DNA from: Mobula hypostoma
Taxonomy: Eukaryota
Reading direction: 5' to 3'
Length of the DNA: 64,000 nt
Assembly: GCF_963921235.1 (NCBI RefSeq)
Contig: NC_086108.1
Span: 102,736,001 to 102,800,000, forward strand
Part shown: positions 23,900 through 36,995 of the stretch, piece after piece
Position numbering within the stretch: position 1 is the first letter of the stretch
Layout: each line of letters opens with the position of its first letter
Position numbers and translations under genes: made by a program
Notes under the pieces: generated by a model
Told to the model about the DNA's origin: nothing
Databases searched by the model: none
Seen by the model: the letters and a program-made list of their open reading frames with translations, nothing else

Positions 23900-25610
23900 G
23901 TCAACTGCAATTGGAAGATGGTTAGCAGTTTTGGGCACCTTTTCTAAGAAAGATTGTGCTGGCATTGGACAGTGTCCAGAGGAGGTTCACAAGAATTATC
24001 CTGGGAATATATGAGGCCTGTTTGATGGTTCTGGGCCTGTACTCTCTGAAGTTTAGAAGAATGAGAGGAAATCTCATTGAAACCTATCAAACACTGAAAG
24101 ACCGAGATAGAGTGGAAATGGAGAGGATGTTTCCTAAAGTGGGGATATCTCAGACCAGAGGGCACAGCCTCAGAATACAAGGGCATTCTTTCACAACAGA
24201 GATGAAGAGGAATTTCTTTAGCCAGAGGGAGGTGAATCTGTGGAATTCATTGGCACAGACAGCAGTGGAGGCCAACTCATTGTCAGAGTCAGAATCAGAA
24301 TCGGAATCGGGTTTATTATCCCCGGCATGTGGCATGAAATTTGTGTGTCAGATTGGAGGACGGTGTGTAGCAGTGTGCCTCAGGGATCTGTACTGGGTCC
24401 AATGTAGTTTGTCATATATATTAATGATCTGGATGATGGGGTGGTAAATTGGATTAGTCAGCATGCAGATGATACTAAGATAGGTGGTGTTGTGGATAAT
24501 GAAGTAGGTTTTCAAAACTTGCAGAGAGATTTAGGACAGTTACAAGAGTGGGCTGAAAGTTGGCAGATGGAGTTTAATGCTGAAAAATGTGAGGTGCTAC
24601 ATTTTTGTAGAACTAATCAAAATAGGACATACATGGTAAATGGTAGGGCAATGAAGAATGCTGTAGAACAGAGGGATCTAGAAATAATGGTGCATAGTTC
24701 CCTGAAGGTGGAATCTCATGTGGATAGGGTGGTGAAGAAAGCTTTTGGCATGCTGGCCTTTATTAATCAGAGCATTGAGGATAGGAGTTGGGATGTAATG
24801 TTGAAATTGTATAAGGCATTGGTAAGGCCAAATTTGGAGTATTGTGTACAGTTCTGGTCACCGAATTATAGGAAAGATGTCAATTAAATTGAGAGAGTAC
24901 AGAGGAGATTTACTAAAATGTTGCCTGGGTATCATCTCCTAAGTTACAGAGAAAGGTTGAACAAGTTAGGTCTTTATTCTTTGGAGCATAGAAGGTTGAG
25001 GGGGGACTTGATAGAGGTGTTTAAAATTATGAGGGGGATTGATAGAGTTGGCGTGGATAGGCTTTTTCCATTGAGAATGGGGGAGGTTCAAACAAGAGAA
25101 CATGAGCTGAGAGTTAAAGAGCAAAAGTTTAGGGGTAACATGAGGGGGAACTTCTTTACTCAGAGAGTGGTAGCTGTGTGGAACGAGCTTCCAGCTGAAG
25201 TGGTTGAGGCAGATTCGATGTTGTCGTTTAAAGTTAAATTGGATAGATATATGGACAGGAAAGGAATGGATGGTTATGGGCCGAGTGCAGGTCGGTGGGA
25301 CTAGGTGAGAGTAAGAGTTCGGTACGGACTAGAAGGGCCAAGATGGCCTGTTTCCATGCTGTAATTGTTATATGGTTATATAACTTAGCAGCAATAATTC
25401 AATGCAATACATAATATGAAAAAAAAACACAAAGTAAAATAATAATAATAATAAAGCAAAGTTTGATAAGTTCTTAATTAGTAAGGGCATCAAAGGTCGC
25501 AAGAAGGAGATAGGAGAATGGGGTTAAGGAGGATAATAAATCACCCATAAAGGAACGACGGAACAGACTCAATGGGCCAATGACCTTATTCTGTTCCTAT
25601 ATCTTATTAC
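23900..25610 (+). mobile_element. CR1 3' fragment (subfamily A) split by two nested insertions
   Basis: LALDSVQRRFTRII...FFSQREVNLWNSLAQTAVEA stops ~24282 and resumes ~25455 (gataagttcttaattagtaagggcatcaaagg) into the CR1 tail. Confidence 0.8.
24343..25380 (+). mobile_element. CR1 (subfamily B) RT C-terminal half
   Basis: PQGSVLGP, ADDTKIGG, WQMEFNAEKCEVLHF, LVRPNLEYCVQFWSP, FFTQRVVAVWNELP; tail taattgttatatggttata; closely similar to 32168-33400. Confidence 0.92.
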
Positions 25611-27324
25611 AAATATCAGAGCGGACTAGCCTTCAAGGACTGAATGGCCTACTTTTAATAAAACCAAATTTTTAGGACATACAGTAGCTGTTACTGCCAA
25701 GGACAACATTCTGCCTGCAGTGTGTATGTTGAAGCTTTCAACACTGCAGAAGCGTAGCAATCGTCACTTATGCCTGGACCTGATATCACAATATATACCA
25801 TTAATCGAAATCAGGTTTAATATCACCTACATATGTCATTCAATTTGTTAACCCTGTGGCAGCAGTACAATGCAACATATGATAATATATATATAAAATA
25901 CTTATATTAAGTAAGTAGTGCAAAAATAGAAATTATGTAGCGAGGTAGTGTTCCTGGGATCAATGTCCATTCGCTCTGCCTTACAACAATAACCAAGCCC
26001 GATAATTGTCTCCAGAAAGGCCCATATAAAATCACATCTTTTTCTGGAATTCACATTCTATTATAAGCTGCACTTTGTTAATGTAAACTTTACACACCGT
26101 ACCTTTAGATATATTATCTACATTACGCCGCTTGGCAATTCTCTGCTGCCTTAAACCTGCAGCTTTCCTTTGCAGAGTAACCAAAAGATAAGTGTTTGAA
26201 TTTCAACATAACAGCATTCATGTTGATATATCTTTAATTTTGTACATAATTGAATTCTGTTTTCACACTCCATATATTCCATTCTAATCCATGTTCATTA
26301 TTTTGTGACTGGGTGCTAAAATCTGTACTTGACTATTTCCATTGAATTAATAAAATGAGTCATAAAGGCATAATTTCTTCACGTGCATTCTTGCAGTTAC
26401 TTCAGGTTCACCTTGAGTTGAAAATATCAAAGGTTGCTGAACCTAGCTACACTTCATCTTTTCAGTGCACCTAGGCTTTGCGGTCCACTGACTTACCATC
26501 TGTAGAAACATACTGGGGCTGAGAGGAAAACTGGATCAGCCAAGATGAAATGGCGCAGCAGACTTCATAGACCAAATGGCCTTATTCTGCTCTTTGTCTT
26601 ACGGTCAATACCTGAGGTCAGCTGTGCGTAACTTGGCGAGTTCTCCACTTCTCCAGAGCTGCCTCTGGCGGTGTCTGAGAATCCTTCGTTCCACGAGAGG
26701 GATTACTCTTGATGTCTTGTGCTGATGTGTAACGATAGATCAGTAGTACTGTAGATGTACGGCCAAGGCCAGGGATGAACATAGGATACAGCGCAGTACT
26801 TGCCCTTCAGCGCACAAAGTTGTGCCAACCTAATCTAAGTTCAATGTAACCCTTCCCTCCTACATAGCCCTCATATTTCTATCATCCAAGCACCTATCTA
26901 AGGGTCTCTTAGATTTCCCTAATGTATCTGTCCCTGCCACCATCCCTGGCAGGGCATCCCATGTACCCACCACTCTCTGTGTAAAGTTCAAGTTTATTGT
27001 CATCCGACTGTACATACTGTATATACAACCAAATGAAACAACACTTCTCTGGGCCATCGTGCATCCACAAAATGTATATCACACACAGCACATAAAACAA
27101 AGTATTACCATAAATAAGTTAATACAATACAATGCAAAATGCATGTCGTGCACAGCACCGGTAAACAGTAAACAGCCTGCTGTCCTAGTGACGAAACCTC
27201 AGAGGTGGCAGGGCTTGAGGGAGGAAGCCATTACCCAGTCAGGCAGCCCTGGTCCTGGTGCTCCAGTACCTCCTTCCTGACAGTAGTGTGCTAACGAGAT
27301 TGTGGGACGGGTGGCAGGGATCCT

Positions 27325-28710
27325 TAGTGCCCACTGTGATGAAATTCTTTGAGAAGCTGGTGATGAAACATCAACTCCTACCTGAGAAGCGATGTGGATC
27401 CACTCCAATTTGCCTACTGTCACAACGGGTCAACAGCAGATACCATTTCATGGGCTCTTCACTCAACCCTAGAACATCTAGACAGTGCAGATGCATACAT
27501 CAGGATGCTCTTCATTCTTCTACAGCTGGACATTCAATACTATCATCCCCTCAAACCTAATCAATAAACTTCAAAGACCCAGGCCCCAGTAGCTCCTTAT
27601 GCAACTGGATCCTTGATTGCCTCATTTGCAGATCCCAGTCAATTACACAGTCCATTAGCACAGGTGCATCACAAGGCTGTGTGCTTAGCCCCCTGCTCTA
27701 CTCACTTTACACTTATGACTGTGAGGATAAGCACAGCTCCAATGCCATACTTAGGTTTTCTGACAACACCCCTGTTGTCAGCCAAATGAAAGGTGGTGAT
27801 GAATCAGCATATAGGAGGGAGATTGAAAATCTGGCTGAGTGCTGCCACAACAACAACCTCTCACTCAATGTCAGCAAGACCAGGGAGCTGATTGTTGACC
27901 ACAGGAGGAGGAAACTCAAGTTTCATGCCCCGGTCCTCATCGGGCATCAGAGGTGGAGAAGGTCCAGCAAGTTTAGATCCTTCGGTGTTATCATTTCAGA
28001 GAACCTGTCCTGGGTCCAATACATAACTGCTATTACAAAGGAACCATGGCAGATCCTCTACTTTCTTAGAAGATTGCGAAGATTCAGCATGTCATCTAAA
28101 ACTTCGACAAACTTCTATAGATGTGTGGTGGAGAGTATATTAACTAGTTCCACCACTGCCTTTGAATGAAAAAGCCTACAAAAAGTAATGGATACAGCCC
28201 AGTGCATCGCAGGTAAAGCCCTCCCCACCATTGAGCGCATCTACGTGGGGTGCTTTCACAGGAAAGTAGCATCCATCATCAATGACCCTCACCATCCAGG
28301 CCATGCTCTCTTCTCGCTGCTGCAATCGGGATGGAGGTACAGGAGTTGCAAGCCCCACACCAACAGGTTCAGGAACAGCTATTACCTCTCAACAGTCTCT
28401 TGAACCAGAGGGGATAACCTCATTCAACTTCACTCACCCCATCACTGAACTGTTCCCACAACCTATGGACTCACTTTCAAGGACTCTTGATCTCAAGTTC
28501 TTAACATTTATTGCTTATTTATTATCTTTTTTTTCTCTTTTTGTATTTACGCAGTTTTTTGTCCTTTGCAAATTTGTATTCGGTACAGTGTTTCATTGAT
28601 TCTATTGTGTTTCTTTGTATTTACTGTGAATGTCTGCAAGAAAATTATACTCATGTATATGGTGACATATACAGAATGTACTTTGATAGTAAATTTACTT
28701 TGAACTTTGA
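27325..28710 (+). mobile_element. Rex1/Babar-type LINE (RT to 3' tail)
   Basis: VMKFFEKLV, LSPLLYSLYTYDC, LNVSKTRELIVD, LYFLRRLRRF, HPGHALFSLLQSG; tail aaatttactttgaactttga. Confidence 0.85.
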
Positions 28711-28729
28711 ACAATATTTCAGGCCCTTC

Positions 28730-29810
28730 ATCTATGACAGTGGTTTTTACTACCCTCTGTAGGGCCTTGAGGTCCAATGCCTTCCAGCTTCCATAGCATG
28801 CAATGATCAGCCAGGTAGGACACTCTCAATGGCGCTCCTGTAGAAAGTTGTTAGAATGGGGAGGGGTGCCTTGCATGCCTCATTCTCCTCAGAAAGTGAA
28901 GATACTGCTGTTCCTTCTTGACTAACAAGGAAGTGCTGTGGGTCCAGATTGACTCATTCGTTATGTGCACAACAAGGAGCCTTGATGTGCAATGGAGAGT
29001 GGTCAACCTGCACCTTCCAGAGTTCCACAATCATCTCTCTTGTCTTGTCCATGTGAGATTCAGGTTGTTGTTCTCACATCATTTGACAAGCCTCTCTATT
29101 TCCTCTCTGTTTGCCAACTTACCATTGTTGCTAATGAAGCCAACTACTGTTGTATCATCAGCGAACTTGATGCAGTTGGATCTGGTGGTGCAGTCGTGAG
29201 GCAGCTGCATGAACAACAGCAAGCTGAGCGCACAGCTCTGAGTGGCACATGTGAGCTCAAAATGTTGCTGTCAACTCAGACTGACTGAGGTTTTTCCACC
29301 AAGAAGTCCAAGATCTAGTTACTAAGAGGGGTGTTGAGGCCTAACGAAGACGGTTTACCATCCAAACTCTGAGGAACGATTGCGTTAAACTGAACTCTCT
29401 CACAGTGGTGTCTGAAAAGAGGATGCTGTCCAAGTTGCATGCCATCTTGGTCAATGTCTCCCATCCACTACATAATGTACTGGGTGGGCACAGGAGTACA
29501 TTCAGCCAGAGACTCATTCCACCGAGATGCAGCACAGAGCATCATAGGAAGTCATTCCTGCCTGTGGCCATCAAACTTTACAACTCCTCCCTTGGAGGGT
29601 CAGACACTCTGAGCAAATAGGCTGGTCCTGGACTTATTTCATAATTTACTGGCATAATTTACATATTATTATTTAACTATTTATGGTTCTATTACTATCT
29701 ATTATTTATGGTGCAACTGTAACAAAAACCAGTTTCCCCCGGGATCAATAAAGTATGACTATGACTATGACTAAACATTGAGGTGAAGTCAATGAACATC
29801 ATTTTCTAGC
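28730..29810 (-). mobile_element. Older Rex1/Babar RT fragment, interrupted at 29390
   Basis: Minus strand KFADDTTVVG; the motif MFIDFTSMFNAIVPQSL is restored when 29391-29771 and one TSD copy are removed. Confidence 0.75.
29391..29771 (+). mobile_element. Young 5'-truncated Rex1/Babar-related LINE end
   Basis: SHPLHNVL...FSQRLIPPRCSTEHHRKSFLPVAIKLYN; tail gggatcaataaag(tatgac)3; TSD TAAAC (29386-29390 / 29772-29776). Confidence 0.8.
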
Positions 29811-29958
29811 CACATGCATTTCTGGTGTCACAGAGAACTTACCCATAATATCTCCCTATACTTTCTCCCAATTACCTTAAAATTATGCCCCCTGGTATCA
29901 GCCATTTCCACGCTGGGAGAAAGCTTCTGCCTGTCCACTCAATCTATGCCTCTTATCT

Positions 29959-30882
29959 TGACTTTGCTGCCAAGTTTGCAGATGATACGAAGATTGGTGG
30001 AGGGCCAGGTAGTGTTGAGGAAACAGGAAGGCAGCAGGAGGACTTAGACAGATTAGGAGAACGGGCAAGAGAGTGGTAAATCAAATACAATGTTGGAAAA
30101 TGCATGGTCATGCACTTTGGTAGTAGAAATAAATGTGCAGACTATTTTCTAAATGGGGAGAAAATCCAAAATTCTAAGAAGCCAATGGACTTGGAGTTCT
30201 TGTTCAGAGCAACCTAAAGGTTAACTTGCAGATAAAGTCGGTGGAGAGGAAGGCAGATATAATGTTAGCATTCATTTCAAAAGGTCTAGAATACAAAAGC
30301 AGGGATGTGCTTTATAAGGCACTGGTGAGGCCTCACCTTGAGTATTGTGAACAGTTTTGGGTCCTCATCTTAGAAAAGATGTGCTGGCATTGGAGAGGGT
30401 TCAGAGGACGTTCACAAGGATGATTCTGGGAATGAAGGAGTTATCATATGAGGAACTGGGTCTGTATTCGCTGGAATTTAGAAGGATGAGGGGGATCTCA
30501 TTAAAACCTTTTGAATGTTTAAAGGCCTGGACGGAGTAGTTGTGGAAAGGATGTTTCCCATGGTGGGAGAGTCTAGGACAAGAGGGCACAGCCTCAGGAT
30601 AGAGGGGCGTCCATTTAAAACAGAGATGTGGGGAAATTTCTTCAGCCAGAGGATGGTGAATTTGTGGAATTTGTTGCCACAGGCAGCTGTGTAGGCCAAG
30701 TTATTGGGTGTATTTAAGGCAGAGCTTGATAGGTTCTTGACTGGACACGGCATCAAAGGTGACGGGGAGAAGGCCAAGGAATGGAGCTGAGGAGGGGCAA
30801 AAAGGATCAATAAGCCGTGATGAATGACAGAGCAGACTCGACCGACCAAATGGTCTAATTCTGCTCCTGTGTCTTATAATCT
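29959..30882 (+). mobile_element. CR1 RT C-terminal fragment and tail
   Basis: AKFADDTKIGG, LYKALVRPHLEYCEQFW, TRGHSLRIEGRPFKTE. Confidence 0.88.
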
Positions 30883-32167
30883 CAGCATCTTGTACACCTG
30901 TATCAAGGCACCTCTCATCCCTTTCACTCCAAAGATAAAAGCTCTAGCTCGCTCAATATTTCCTCCGAAAACATACTCTCTAATCCAGGTAGCATCCTGG
31001 TAAATCTCTCTAAAGCTTTTACATCCTTCCTATAATGAAACAACCAGAACTGAACAAAATATTCCAAATGTGGTCTAAACAGGTATTTTATAGAGCTGCA
31101 GCATTATGTGATGGCTCTTGAACTCAATCCACTGTCTAATAAAGGCTCTTTCATATGCCTTTTTAATGAGCCCTAGTAAATATGAAAATGTAGGATTCCT
31201 GCACTTTTGCCTCATCTTCTCCCACCGTTCAGGGACTCAAACAATTTTTCCAGGGGAAATACGAATACATTTCGGTATTTTTCAATCTGGCACACTGAAC
31301 AAGGTGGTCACCATGACAAGTCATGCTGAGCTTATTGTCATGTGAGTACGGTGAGGTACAGGTACAATGGAAAATTTGTTTACAGCAGCATCACAGGCAT
31401 GTAGGTACACAGAGATCACAGAGTGTAAATTATTCCAAAAATTATCAGAGTCAGTTTTTATTATCACTGACTTATATGATGCATAATTTGTTTCGTGTTA
31501 TCATAGACATAAAATTTACTATAAATTACAGAGCTAAATAAATAATGCAAACTAAAAGGAAGAACAATTATCTTGGATGTTCTTATTGTGATTGTAAGAC
31601 CCTGTCGGATATTAGTAATATAGAATAATGCAAGCCCGGTTCACTGGTTCTATGGAAAGACCAATAGCAGGGGAGTTGTGTTGCCTCTGTTCAAAGGTTT
31701 CAAAGGTCGTTGTGCAGATAAGGCCCACATACTTCAGAGTCGCCTGCTGGTGGTCGCTGGTGAAGGATATGCCAGAGCTGGCTGTGTACCACTGGATTTT
31801 GTAGTAGGCTGGGGACTGACACCTCCCATCGGTGCTGCCCTCCAGTGTTCACTCGGTGGAGGTACAAACAGGACCAGGAATGGGGCTGATGAGGGGTAAA
31901 AAGGATCAGCCATGATTGAATGACAGAGCAGACTTGATGGTCCAAATGGCCTAATTCTGCTCCTATGTCTTATGATCTTATCACCTTGTACACCTCAGGG
32001 ATTTGGGCTATATTATTTTTTCTCTTTGTAACCGTATGTTTTTTTTCTGAAATCAGAACCCTATGTGCTATTTGCAGTGTGCTATGTGCTGCTGGTATTG
32101 TGATTTGCACCTTAGTCCTGGAGGAGAGTTGTTTCATCAGAACATCTTTCAAAAGTCATGTTTGACA

Positions 32168-33400
32168 AAACATAGAATTTTTTGAAGAGGTTACTAGGAA
32201 AGTTGACGAGGGTAAAGCGGTAGATGGTGTCCATATGGACTTCAGTAAGGCCTTTGACAAGGTTCCACACGGAAGGTTGGTTAGGAAGGTTCAATCGTTA
32301 GGTATTAATATCCAAGTAGTAAAATGGATTCATTAGTGGCTGGATGGGAGACGCCAGAGAGTAGTGGTGGAAAACTGTTTGTCAGATTGGAGGCCAGTGA
32401 CTAGTGGTGTGTCTCAGGGATCTGTACTGGGTCCAATGTTGTTTGTCATATACATTAATGATCTGGATTATGGGGTGGTAAATTGGATGAGTAAGTATGC
32501 AGATGATACTAAGATAGGTGGAGTTGTGGATAATGAAGTAGGTTTTCAAAGCCTGCAGAGAGATTTAGGCCAGTTAGAAGAGTGGGCTGAAAGATGGCAG
32601 ATGAAGTTTAATGCTGATAAATGTGAGGTGCTACATTTTGGTACGACTAATCAAAATAGGACATACATGGTAAACGGTAGGGCATTGAAGAGTGCAGCAG
32701 AACAGAGAGATCTAGGAATAATGGTGCATAGTTCCCTGAAGGTGGAATCTCATGTGGATAGGGTGGTGAAGAAGGCTTTTGGTATGCTGGCCTTTATAAA
32801 TCAGAGCATTGAGTACAGGAGTTGGGATGTAATGTTGAAATTGTACAAGGCATTGGTAAGGCCAAATTTGGAGTATTGTGTACAGTTCTGCCACCGAATT
32901 ATAGGAAAGATGTCAACAAAATTGAGCGAGTACAGAGAAGATTTACTATAATGTTACCTGGGTTTCATCTCCTAAGTTACAGAGAAAGGTTGAACAAGTT
33001 GGGTCTTTATTCTTTGGAGCGTAGAAGGTTGAGGGGGGACTTAATAGTGGTATTTAAAATTATGAGGGGTATAGATAGAGTTGATTTGGATAGGCTTTTT
33101 CCATGGAGAGTGGGGCAGATTCAAACAAGAGGACATGAGTTGAGAGTTAAAGGACAAAAGTTTAGGGGTAACATGAGGGGGAACTTCTTTACTCAGAGAG
33201 TGGTAGCTGTGTGGAACGAGCTTCCAGCAGAAGTGGTTGAGGCAGGTTTGATGTTGTCATTTAAAGTTAAATTGGACAACCATATGGACAGGAAAGGAAT
33301 GGAGGGTTATGGGCTGAATGCAGGTCGGTGGGCCTAAGTGAGAGTAAGAGTTCGGCATAGACTAGAAGGGCCGAGATGGCCTGTTTCCATGATGTAACTG
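32168..33400 (+). mobile_element. CR1 (subfamily B) RT region, young; tail continues at 34020-34045
   Basis: DFSKAFDKVPH, SQGSVLGPMLFVIYINDL, YADDTKIGG, LVRPNLEYCVQF, FFTQRVVAVWNELP with few lesions. Confidence 0.92.
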
Positions 33401-34019
33401 GCAGAAGGAGAAGATGGCAGCGCGCCTGCGTGTGCGCAGCCCTCCGGTGAAAAATGATATTGTATCTGTTAAGTAGGGGCCGTGGACAATTCTGATCTGA
33501 TGGAGAATGGACGTGAAAGCACAGAGAAACATCTGGAGAAATTTCTGAAACGCTCGTTCGCTGCTGTTGTTACCGCGTGGTTGGGAATCTTTCGGAGGGT
33601 AGGCCTCAAAATCCCCGGCCTTGCCTGCTTTTGGCGACTGAGAAGGCAGTTGAATTGCTCGGACAGAGATGGCGCTCGGTACTCGGTGTCGGAGAGCTGA
33701 TCAGAGCTCGAAGTTTTCGGATGACTCAGAGTCGGATTGTGGTCGGCATGGCAGGGTGAGTTTTTCTTCCATCTCCCGTCTGCATGAGATGTGGGACATT
33801 TGAGAGACTTTGAACTTTACTGTGCTCATGGACTTCTTCATCAAGTTATGGTATTGTTGCACTGTTGCAACTATATATTATAATTATGTGGTTTTGTAAG
33901 TTTTTTCAGTCTTGGTCTGTCCTGTGTTTTGTGATATCACACCGGAGGAAATATTGTATCATTTCTTAATGCATGCGTTACTAAATGACAATAAAAGAGG
34001 ACTACATGTCTTCATAATC
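33401..34019 (+). mobile_element. CpG-rich non-coding retroposon (probable internally deleted LINE derivative)
   Basis: Splits the CR1 tail with TSD TAACTG/TAATTG; starts near AAGATGGC and ends atgacaataaaag...cataatc. Confidence 0.7.
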
Positions 34020-34049
34020 TAATTGTTATATGGTTATATGGTTATAAGA

Positions 34050-34965
34050 GGGTGAACTCTCGCAAACATCAGGCCCTGATGGTGTGCCTGGTAGGGCTGT
34101 AAAAACCAACTGGCAGGAGTGTTCAAAGACATACTGAATTTCTCACTGTTGCTATCGGAGGTTCCCACCTACTTCAAAAGGGCAACAATCATATCAGTGC
34201 TCAAGAAGAGGAGAGTGAGTTGCCTCAATGACTATCACCCAGTGGAATTCAAATTTACTGTGATGAAGTGTTTTGAGAGATTGGTCATGGCCAAAATCGA
34301 TTCCTACTTAAGCAAGAACCTGGCCCCATTGCAATTTGCCTTTCGCCACAATATGTCTACAGTGGATGTAATCTCATTGGCTCTCCACTCGGCCTTGGAT
34401 GACCTGGACAATGGCAATACCTACTTCAGGCTGTTGGTCAGCAGTCAACACAAACATACCCTCAGTTCTAATCAACAATTTCCAAAACTTGGGCCTCTGT
34501 ACCTCACTCTGCAACTGGATCCTTGACTTCCTCACCAGGAGGCCACAGTCTGTGCAGATCAGAAATAGCATCTCCTCCTCACTGACAATCAACATTGACA
34601 CACCTTAAGGATACGTGCTTAGCCCACTGCTCTACTCTCTCTACACCTGTGACTGTGTGGCTAGTCCCAGCTCAAACACCATCCATAAATTTGCCAACGA
34701 CACAGCAATTGTTGGCAGAATTTCAGATGGTGATGAGGAGGCTTACGGGAGTGAGATAGATCAGTTGGTTGAGCGGTGTCACAGCAACAACCTTACACTC
34801 AATGTCAGTAAGACCAAGTAATTGATTGTGGACTTCAGGAAGGGTTAAATTGAGGGAACACACAGCAGTTCTCATCGAGGGATCAGCAGAGGAAAGGGTG
34901 ACCAGTTTCAGGTCCCTGGGTGTCAACAACTCTGAGGATCTATCCCGGGGCCAACATATTGCTGC
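34050..34965 (+). mobile_element. Rex1/Babar RT fragment
   Basis: VSCLNDYHPV, VMKCFERLV, PLQFAFRHN, LSPLLYSLYTCDC, KFANDT, LNVSKTK. Confidence 0.85.
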
Positions 34966-35464
34966 AATTAAACCTGATATTAAGCCGGAATCTGATTCTG
35001 ATTCATGTATGGTAATATATGAATGATAATTAAACTTGAACTTGATAGTCACGTTCGTGGGTTGATGGATCATTCAGAAATCTGAAGGCAGGTTCCCAAA
35101 ACATTGAGTGTGTGTCTTCAGGCTCACAGTGATAGTAGTGATCAGGGCAAGTCCTGTATGGTGAGAATCCCTAGTGATGGATGTCACCTTCTTACAGCAC
35201 TAGCTCTTGAAGATGTCCTCAATGGCGGGGAGGGTTGTTCCCATGATGGAGTTGGTCTGAGTCTACAACCCTCTGCGGCCTCTTTCAATCCTCCACATTG
35301 AAGTCTCCATTACAAGATGCAATGCAACCTATCAGAATGTTCTTCACCACACATTTGTAGAAATTTGGTGGTCATTGGTGAAGATGATTTTTCTGAACCT
35401 GACTCACAGGTTAATGACAGAATGCTATTTGTGGGAACCCTCTGTGTGTTAGTTGTGTTTGCTA

Positions 35465-35990
35465 CACTCAGTGGCAACTTTATTAGGTACCTCCTGTACC
35501 TAATAAAGTGTTCACTAAGTGTCTCTTCGTGCTCTTCTGCTGCTGTAGCCCATCCACTTCAAGGTTCAACGTGTTACACATTCAGAGATGCTCTTCACAT
35601 CACTGCATGATTATTTGAGTTGCTGTTGCTTCCTGTCAGCTTGAACCAGCCCAGTCATTCTCCTCTGACCTCTCCCATTAACAAGGCATTTTCACCCACA
35701 GAACTATGGATTTTTTTTTTTTTTTGGTTTTTTGCACCATTCTCTGTAACCTCTAGAATTCTCCCTCTAGAGATCAGCAGTTTCTGAGATACTTAAATCA
35801 CCCCTACTGGCACCAGTTACTTGCATCATATATTATTCCCCATTCTGATGGTTGGACTGAACAACAACTGAACCTCTTGACCATGTCTGCATGCTTTTAT
35901 GCATTGAGTTGCTGCCACATAGCTGGATGATTAGGTATTTGCATTAAGAAACTGATGTGCAGGTGCACTTAATAAATTGGCCTCTTAGTG
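35465..35990 (-). mobile_element. Tc1-derived non-autonomous element (same family as 22422)
   Basis: TA-CACTCAGTGGCAACTTTATTAGGTAC ... GCACTTAATAAATTGGCCTCTTAGTG-TA. Confidence 0.8.
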
Positions 35991-36414
35991 TATGTCCAAG
36001 AGTGGCAACCACAAAAGGGTTTCTTCAAATTCTGTCATCTAGAGGATGAGAAGTAGCTTGATGGAGATGCATAAGATGATAAGAGGCATAAATAGAGTGA
36101 CCAACCAGCACCTTTCTCCTCAGGGAGGCAATAGCCAATACCAGAGGACATCCCTTTAACATGAGTGCAAGAATGTTTAGGGAAAATGTGAGAGTTAGTT
36201 TTTTTTTACATAGAGAGTGGTTGGTGTGTGGAAAAAAACTGCCAAGGGTGGAAGGTTGAAGCAAATACATTGTGGACATTTAAGACACTCTTAGAGAGGC
36301 CCATGCACTGTAGATCAAGTCAAGTCAAGTCAAGTCACTTTGACCATAAACTGCTGGTACAGTACACAGTAAAAACGAATCAATGTTCCTCCAGGACCAT
36401 GGCGCTACATGAAA

Positions 36415-36520
36415 CAACACAAAACTACACTAGACTAAGTAAGACAACACAAGGCTACACTAGACTACGTAAAACAACACAAAAACTACACTAGACTACA
36501 GACCTACACAGGACTACATA
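36415..36520. repeat. ~30-bp tandem repeat x3 (caacacaaaactacactagacta...) within a LINE tail
   Basis: Direct reading. Confidence 0.8.
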
Positions 36521-36719
36521 AAGTGCACAAAACAGTGATAGAAAAATGAGGTGTTATGGGTCACATAGGAGGGAAGGGTTCAATTGACTGTGGTGTGGGT
36601 TTCAGCATCATAAGCTGAAGATCCATTCTGTGTTATACTGTTCCATGTTCTATACTGGAGGATATTTAGCCCACTTAGTCCATACCAGAGAACCAACCAT
36701 CAATTCCGCCCCCACTATA

Positions 36720-36995
36720 AGATAGCGTAGTGGTTAGCGCAATGCTTTATAGTAACAGTGACCCAGGTTCAATTCCCGCCGTTGTCAGTAAGGAGTTTGT
36801 ATGCTCTCCCCGTGACCACATGGGTTTCCTTCACGTGCTCCCGTTTCCTCTCACAGCCCAAAGATGTACCGGCTGGGAGGTTAGCTGGTCATTGTAAATT
36901 GTCCCGTGATTAGGTTAGGGTTAAATCAGGGGTGGATGGGCAATGTGGCCAAAAAAGCCTATGCTGCACTGCATCTCAACAAATAAATAAATATA
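36720..36995 (+). mobile_element. V-SINE (HE1-like) copy
   Basis: A box tagcgtagtggtt, B box ggttcaattcc, V-domain-like core, (aata)n tail. Confidence 0.75.

Noticed and set aside
36415..36520. Spaced ~30-bp repeats superficially CRISPR-like
   Set aside because: Simple tandem repeat without unique spacers, in a eukaryotic LINE tail, with no cas genes
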